From IMG/VR virus record IMGVR_UViG_3300051212_001283: a DNA stretch of 64,000 nucleotides; one strand, written 5' to 3'. The notes beneath the pieces were generated by a model. It was not told the DNA's origin. It was given only the letters and a program-made list of their open reading frames with translations, and did no database searches. The position numbers were made by a program, and so were the translations under genes. Positions 58,905 through 64,000 of the stretch are shown in pieces. The stretch is from an uncultured virus (IMG/VR IMGVR_UViG_3300051212_001283). Lineage: Duplodnaviria > Heunggongvirae > Uroviricota > Caudoviricetes. Positions within the stretch are counted from its first letter, which is position 1, and each line of letters begins with the position of its first letter.

Positions 58905-58946
58905 TCATTTGCTAAATAGTATTATACTACGAGGTTTAGTAAATGA
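58905..58946 (+). promoter_or_regulatory. start-codon-occluding hairpin with embedded late promoter
   Basis: TCATTTGCTAAAT (58905-58917) pairs with GTTTAGTAAATGA (58934-58946); TAAATA at 58913-58918. Confidence 0.7.
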
Positions 58947-59476
58947 ACTGCGTTTATCAAATACGAAATAAAATAACAGGAGAAAATTACATAGGTTCTA
59001 CTGAAAAAAATTATATGCTTAGATTTGCTAAACATATAACTATGTGTGCTTCTAATAAAATGGATTGCCCTAAACTTTATGAAAATTTTTTAAAGTATGG
59101 ATATCATAATTTTACTATTGAAGTAGTTAAGTGGATTCACGAAGATGAAGAAATTAAATCAGTAGAACGACAATATTGTGAGTGGTTAAAACCTTCATTG
59201 AATTCTCTATGGGGTACAAAACATACTAAAGATTCTATTGATAAAATGCGTAAATCGCAAAGAGAATATTGGTCTAAAAATTCTCACCCAAGAAAAGGAG
59301 TTCCTTTTACTGAAGAGCACAGAAAAAATCTTTCAAAATCTATGGGCAAAAAATGTTGTGTTGATGGAGTCATTTATGAATCTGTAAAAGAGTGTGCTAA
59401 AATACTTGATATCCACAGGGATACTGCAAGTTGGAGAATGAGAAGTAAATCGTTCCCAAATTATTATTACATTTGA
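58943..59476 (+). mobile_element. free-standing GIY-YIG (Seg-like) homing endonuclease gene
   Basis: CVYQIRNKITGENYIGS, RF..H, E and N; NUMOD3-like KHTKDSIDKM and TEEHRKNLS; C-terminal GVIYESVKECA. Confidence 0.85.
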
Positions 59477-59491
59477 TTTTTATTTTTTAAT

Positions 59492-60451
59492 ATGGAACTG
59501 ACTGATAACAAACCATTTCTCTGGGTTGAAAAATGGGCACCAGAATCTGTTGAAGATTTGATTCTTACTAAAAGCGTAAAAGAGTTTTTTACTAATGTGG
59601 TAAATGAAGGACAACTAAATCAAAATCTTATTCTTCAAGGTTCTCAAGGATGTGGAAAAACTCAAACAATCAAAACTCTCTGTAAGATTACCAAACAAGA
59701 TGTTTTGTTTTTGAATGGTTCATCTGAGGGTAGGTATTTGGATACTATTCGCAATCAAGTCATTAACTTTGGAACAACTGTTTCTATGTTTAATGATAAG
59801 AAAAAGGTGGTATTTTTTGACGAGTTTGATGGGACAACTAATGATGTGATGCTATGTCTTCGTGGTGTAATTGAACAACTTCACAATAATGTTTGTTTTA
59901 TTTTTACTTGTAATAATCTAAACAAGATTATTGAACCAATTCAATCAAGGTGTGTTGTTCTTAAATACACGCCTATTCCAAAGAATGAAAAATCCCAGTT
60001 GATGGTTTCTATTTTTAATAGAATGTCCTATATTCTTGATGAGGAAAAAGTTGAGTATGATAAAAAAGTTGTAGCAGAACTAATTAAAAATTACTTCCCA
60101 GATACAAGACAACTTCTTAATACTCTTCAGCGATATTCTACAGGGGGTAAAATTGACTCAGGAATTCTCGCATCATTCTCAGACATCTCAGTAAATGAAC
60201 TCATTAAGAATCTCAAAGATAAAAACTTTCCCGAAGTACGCAAGTGGGTGGTCTCCAACTTGGACAACGATGCTTCTAGTCTACTTCGTAGGGTGTATGA
60301 CTCCTGTTATGATTGCCTTTCGCCCCAGTCTATCCCTGCTGCCGTTCTTGTTATTGCTAAGTATCAATACCAATGTTGTTTCGTTGCTGACCAAGAAATT
60401 AACCTCTTAGCAGCATTAACTGAAATTATGGTGGAATGTGAGTTCAAATGA
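59492..60451 (+). CDS. gp44: clamp loader large subunit gp44
   Basis: LWVEK..P, GSQGCGKT, DEFD, SRC, FVADQEINLLA. Confidence 0.93.
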   Translation: MELTDNKPFLWVEKWAPESVEDLILTKSVKEFFTNVVNEGQLNQNLILQGSQGCGKTQTIKTLCKITKQDVLFLNGSSEGRYLDTIRNQVINFGTTVSMFNDKKKVVFFDEFDGTTNDVMLCLRGVIEQLHNNVCFIFTCNNLNKIIEPIQSRCVVLKYTPIPKNEKSQLMVSIFNRMSYILDEEKVEYDKKVVAELIKNYFPDTRQLLNTLQRYSTGGKIDSGILASFSDISVNELIKNLKDKNFPEVRKWVVSNLDNDASSLLRRVYDSCYDCLSPQSIPAAVLVIAKYQYQCCFVADQEINLLAALTEIMVECEFK

Positions 60452-60669
60452 ATTTATACAAAATTGATTATAAGTCTTTAAAGGAAGAACCTATTAAGAC
60501 AACTCCTGAGAACGTGAGAGAAGCAAATGAAGGTTTATTCCATGCTAAAATGACTCTTCCCGCTGCCGCAAAGCATTGTGGTATGACTCAGAAAGAAATG
60601 AAACTTACATTTTTTGAATACTTGAAATATCATCCTAAAGATTATGAAAAAAATGAAACTAACTCTTGA
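60448..60669 (+). CDS. small conserved hypothetical protein
   Basis: KTTPENV.EAN..LF.A.M.LP.AA.HCGMT.KEMKLTF. Confidence 0.7.
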   Translation: MNLYKIDYKSLKEEPIKTTPENVREANEGLFHAKMTLPAAAKHCGMTQKEMKLTFFEYLKYHPKDYEKNETNS

Positions 60670-61333
60670 AGATCTTAAAAACACGAATGTCCCTTTCAGG
60701 TATTCAAAACAAAAGTATCCAAGTATTGTTTTGAATAATTCAATTGATTACCCAAAAATAGTTGTATATGCAGTAAGCACTTATAACATGCTTGTATCTA
60801 ATCTTGAAAATTGGCAAGTAAATCCAAATTGTTTTAATATGGGAAGATCAATAACTCATTCATCTTATGATTCGGTTCACTCAAACAGTATTTTTACGGG
60901 ATATATTTCTGAAGAGGCTGTCAAGAAAAAAAGAGAAGATTCAAAATATTCTTTGACCAAAGAGCATTGTTTTACACCACAATTTATGATAAAAATGGTG
61001 TTAGACAACCATGAAAAATATCTTGCAGATCCTAACAAATTTTTTGAGTTATATTATGAATGTTGCCAAACGCGAGAAGTTACAAATGAAGAAAATATAA
61101 AATTGTCTCAATGTGTAAAAACTGGAAAAGTTGTGAATGGTAAAAAGTACAATAATGTTCAGATTTTGACTCCATTATCTCAAAGATACAATTATTGTGG
61201 TATTAAAATTCTTAAAAGGGAAAATGGTAGAGGGTGGTATAATAAAGATATGATTGAAGTAGATGCGACACTTAAAACTCCCGAAGGTTATGATGAATAT
61301 GAATCTCAATTTTTAGTTAAAAAGTTTGAATAG
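60644..61333 (+). CDS. hypothetical protein
   Basis: 229-aa AT-rich ORF; TKEHCFTP...VTNEEN may be a His-Me-finger-like motif. Confidence 0.6.
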   Translation: MKKMKLTLEDLKNTNVPFRYSKQKYPSIVLNNSIDYPKIVVYAVSTYNMLVSNLENWQVNPNCFNMGRSITHSSYDSVHSNSIFTGYISEEAVKKKREDSKYSLTKEHCFTPQFMIKMVLDNHEKYLADPNKFFELYYECCQTREVTNEENIKLSQCVKTGKVVNGKKYNNVQILTPLSQRYNYCGIKILKRENGRGWYNKDMIEVDATLKTPEGYDEYESQFLVKKFE

Positions 61334-61341
61334 TTAAAAAT

Positions 61342-62400
61342 ATGTTATCTATTGAAGATGCAATTTGGGCGGCAGATCAATTTATAGAATATTATTCTAA
61401 GTTTAATCGTATCGATGATTATCTTCGTTACGTTAAAAATAGTAGAATGGACAATGCATCTGGGAAACTATTTGGACCAGAAGATGAAATATTTTCGGAT
61501 TTTAGTATTCATCCGAATGATATGTCTTTTTCTATTCATGAAGTAGATACTAATCCAAAAACAACATCTAAGTATAATCAAGATCTTTATTCGGAAATTT
61601 TAAACGATACTGCTTCAAATCCTATTGAAGAAGCAATTCCAGGTAGAACCTTGAAGTGGATTGTAACTGAGAATACTACAAATAAAATAATTGGAGTGGT
61701 TCGATTTGGATCTCCAACTATTAATTCAAAACCAAGAAATGATTATTTTGGAGAGGTTCTTTCTCTTTCCAGAATTAATAGTGAGTTTGTAATGGGATTT
61801 AATATCGTTCCAGTACAACCATTTGGATATAATTATCTTGGTGGTAAACTTCTTGCTCTTTTAGCATCTTCTAATGAACTCAAAAGACAATTTGACAGTA
61901 AGTATGGAATTGATCTTCAATACTTTGAAACAACTTCACTATACGGTACAACGAAAGGAGTATCCATGTATGATGGTCTTAAACCTTATATTCGACACAT
62001 AGGAGATACTGAAAGTAATTTTCTTCCACTTTTCCATGATGATTATTTCAAAGAAATGTTCTGGTGGTTTAATAATACTGCTAATGGTGGTGAAAGACTT
62101 ATTTCTGCAGATAAGTCTTCAAAAAAATTGAAGATTCAAACTAAGATGATTTCTATTGTTAGAAATTCTTTAAAAGGACATTCTAAGTTGGATGAATTCA
62201 ATTCTTGTATTGAACATGCCAAATCTTTGACTGAAAAGAAAAGATATTATATTTCAAGATTTGGATATGAACCACAGGAAGTTATTGAATGGTGGAAAAA
62301 AAAGGCATCTAAGAGATATGAAAAATTAAAACTTGAAGGTCGTTTACGAACTGAACTTGAATTGTGGAAACATGGTAATGATTTGGAGATTATTCGATGA
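61342..62400 (+). CDS. DruA/DUF4338-like protein
   Basis: PGRTLKWIV, RFGSP, PFGYNYLGGKLLALL, ETTSLYG, SMYDGL. Confidence 0.6.
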   Translation: MLSIEDAIWAADQFIEYYSKFNRIDDYLRYVKNSRMDNASGKLFGPEDEIFSDFSIHPNDMSFSIHEVDTNPKTTSKYNQDLYSEILNDTASNPIEEAIPGRTLKWIVTENTTNKIIGVVRFGSPTINSKPRNDYFGEVLSLSRINSEFVMGFNIVPVQPFGYNYLGGKLLALLASSNELKRQFDSKYGIDLQYFETTSLYGTTKGVSMYDGLKPYIRHIGDTESNFLPLFHDDYFKEMFWWFNNTANGGERLISADKSSKKLKIQTKMISIVRNSLKGHSKLDEFNSCIEHAKSLTEKKRYYISRFGYEPQEVIEWWKKKASKRYEKLKLEGRLRTELELWKHGNDLEIIR

Positions 62401-62783
62401 CTATGGAATTGAAGGATTGGTTAAACTCAATCAATCAAACGAAACAAAATCTAATTGACGAAGATCCTTTACTTGAGAAGGAATATCCTTCTTACATTAT
62501 CAATCGCTGTCTATCTGGACATATTGATTGTATTATGTTTGCGAACGAAGTGAATCAATATCATTTCCTTCCAAAAAAGATGCAATATGATTTTTTGCTA
62601 AATAGTCTGAGGAAAAAGAAGAGATTTTCTCCCTGGATCCGACAAGATAAAATCAAAGATCTTGATTATGTCAAGCGTTATTATGGTTATAGTAATGAAA
62701 AGGCAAAACAAGCTTTGAGGATTCTTACTAAAGAACAACTTACTTTTATTAAATCAAAATTTGAAACTGGAGGAACAAAATGA
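62397..62783 (+). CDS. gp62: clamp loader small subunit gp62
   Basis: WLNSIN, Y..YIINR.LS, QYDFL, KKRFSPW, YYGYS.EKA. Confidence 0.93.
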   Translation: MTMELKDWLNSINQTKQNLIDEDPLLEKEYPSYIINRCLSGHIDCIMFANEVNQYHFLPKKMQYDFLLNSLRKKKRFSPWIRQDKIKDLDYVKRYYGYSNEKAKQALRILTKEQLTFIKSKFETGGTK

Positions 62784-63220
62784 GTGTCGTTCAAGAACCT
62801 GAAGTGAAGTGGACGCCCGACCAAATGGTTGAAGTGATTCTTAATGAACCTGATGATTTTCTTAAGGTTCGTGAAACTTTGACTCGCATCGGAGTTGCTT
62901 CAAGAAAGGAAAAGAAAATCTATCAATCTTGCCATATTCTGCATAAGCAAGGTAGATATTATCTTGTTCATTTTAAGGAACTGTTTGCCCTCGATGGTAA
63001 ACACGCTAACCTGACTGTGAATGATGTTCAGCGTCGTAATCGTATTGTCCAATTACTTGCCGATTGGGGTTTAATTACAATCGTAGATGTTACTAAAATT
63101 CAGGACATTGCTCCTTTGAATCAAATTAAAGTTCTTGCTTATAAAGATAAGGGGGACTGGATTCTTGAAACCAAATACAATATTGGTGCAAAGAAGAAAA
63201 AGGTAGAGGATACCGAATAA
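62780..63220 (+). CDS. regA: translational repressor RegA
   Basis: DDFLKVRETLTRIG, YQSCHILHKQGRYY.VHFKELF.LDG. Confidence 0.97.
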   Translation: MSVVQEPEVKWTPDQMVEVILNEPDDFLKVRETLTRIGVASRKEKKIYQSCHILHKQGRYYLVHFKELFALDGKHANLTVNDVQRRNRIVQLLADWGLITIVDVTKIQDIAPLNQIKVLAYKDKGDWILETKYNIGAKKKKVEDTE

Positions 63221-63224
63221 AAAG

Positions 63225-63252
63225 AGGGCGGGTTTCCTACCCGTCTTTTTTT
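63225..63252 (+). terminator. intrinsic terminator after regA
   Basis: GGGCGGGT-TTCCT-ACCCGTCT followed by a T run. Confidence 0.85.
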
Positions 63253-63274
63253 ATGATTTATTATAATTATATAC

Positions 63275-63330
63275 GGATGCCGAAAGGATCCACAAAACAC
63301 AAACTCGCTTTTAAAGGAGCTACCATAATG
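63275..63330 (+). promoter_or_regulatory. ROSE-like structured 5' leader of hsp20
   Basis: TATAAT 63262-63267; GAAA-tetraloop hairpin 63275-63291; CTCGCTT/AAGGAG hairpin with bulged G, 63304-63319. Confidence 0.6.
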
Positions 63331-63768
63331 ACTAACCTTGTAACCTCACGGTTTACACATGCGGATCTTCCTGCCTTATTGGAAAGAATTAATCGCAATA
63401 GTATTGGAATGGACGAATACTTTGATCGTCTTTTCAATCTTCACGAAACAACTTCTAATTATCCCCCATACAACCTTGTTCAAGTCAGTAATGTAGAGTC
63501 TAGACTTGAACTTGCACTTGCTGGATTTAAAAAGGAGGAAGTACATGTATACACGGAGTATGGAAAACTTTTTGTCGAAGGACAAAAGGAAGATAGGGAA
63601 TCTGATGCCAACTACGTCCATAAGGGACTGGCTCAACGATCTTTCAAGAGAGCATGGACACTATCAGACGACACGGAAGTACGAGAAGTCCTATTTGAAG
63701 ACGGACTACTTACTGTAAAACTTGGTAAGATTGTCCCAGAGCATCACTCTAGGAAAGACTATCTCTAA
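63328..63768 (+). CDS. hsp20: small heat-shock protein Hsp20
   Basis: NYPPYN, ELALAGF, YVHKGLAQRSF.R.W.L, FEDGLL; ATG 63328 follows AAGGAG (track start 63253 is too early). Confidence 0.95.
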   Translation: MTNLVTSRFTHADLPALLERINRNSIGMDEYFDRLFNLHETTSNYPPYNLVQVSNVESRLELALAGFKKEEVHVYTEYGKLFVEGQKEDRESDANYVHKGLAQRSFKRAWTLSDDTEVREVLFEDGLLTVKLGKIVPEHHSRKDYL

Positions 63769-63786
63769 ATAAAAGAAAAACGCCAG

Positions 63787-63966
63787 ATGAAAACCTTTCA
63801 GCAGTTTATGGAAAAAGTGGGTGACTTTGGAAACCCACCTTTACCAACTAAAGAAAATTGTTATGGTAGAACCGTGAAGTATGCTATGGCACCAAAAAAG
63901 AAAATATGTGCTTTAGATACTGACAGTGGTTCTGGTGGTTCTTCTGGTGATTCTGGTGGTGACTAA
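63787..63966 (+). CDS. 59-aa protein with capsid-targeting-like N-terminus and Gly/Ser tail (absent from ORF track)
   Basis: Hand translation MKTFQQFMEKVGDFGNPPLPTKENCYGRTVKYAMAPKKKICALDTDSGSGGSSGDSGGD*; TAAATA at 63766-63771. Confidence 0.65.
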   Translation: MKTFQQFMEKVGDFGNPPLPTKENCYGRTVKYAMAPKKKICALDTDSGSGGSSGDSGGD

Positions 63967-64000
63967 ATACTTTTGAATATCGTCGGCGCTAGGGAGGTAA

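Noticed and set aside
63970..64000. GC-rich GAATATCGTCGGCGC...GGGAGG after a late promoter, possibly a structured RNA
   Set aside because: Truncated by the window edge, so it cannot be evaluated
1..64000. tRNA/rRNA genes and alternative genetic code
   Set aside because: No cloverleaf or rRNA-like sequence in the short intergenic gaps; core genes are full length under the standard code

Overview
A 64-kb segment of a T4-like myovirus, most likely a cyanophage (Kyanoviridae-type gene order and accessory genes), with every credible gene on the + strand. It runs from an accessory block (GT-A glycosyltransferase-like ORF, 48-aa basic peptide, SET-domain protein, speD) through the virion module (g25, g6, g7, g8, VrlC-like, g13-g23, g3). 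It continues into the recombination/replication module (uvsY, uvsW, g55, g47, g46, peptidase-vWA/cobS, g45, g44, g62, regA, hsp20). There are two free-standing GIY-YIG endonucleases, many T4 late promoters (TATAAATA/TAAATA), several sigma70-type promoters and intrinsic terminators. Best leads: a SET methyltransferase gene translationally coupled to an unlisted histone-tail-like peptide; an unlisted NblA-like 55-aa ORF; putative capsid-targeted internal proteins (T4 CTS-like N-termini, a modular candidate polyprotein, a 7 x 84-bp repeat protein); a ROSE-like thermometer ahead of hsp20; a 1-nt frameshift in g7; a bidirectional promoter before g55; and an endonuclease with a start-occluding hairpin next to a mosaic g44. 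No tRNA, rRNA, CRISPR array, intron or intein was recognised. All family calls come from motif recognition and synteny by eye; no database search was run.
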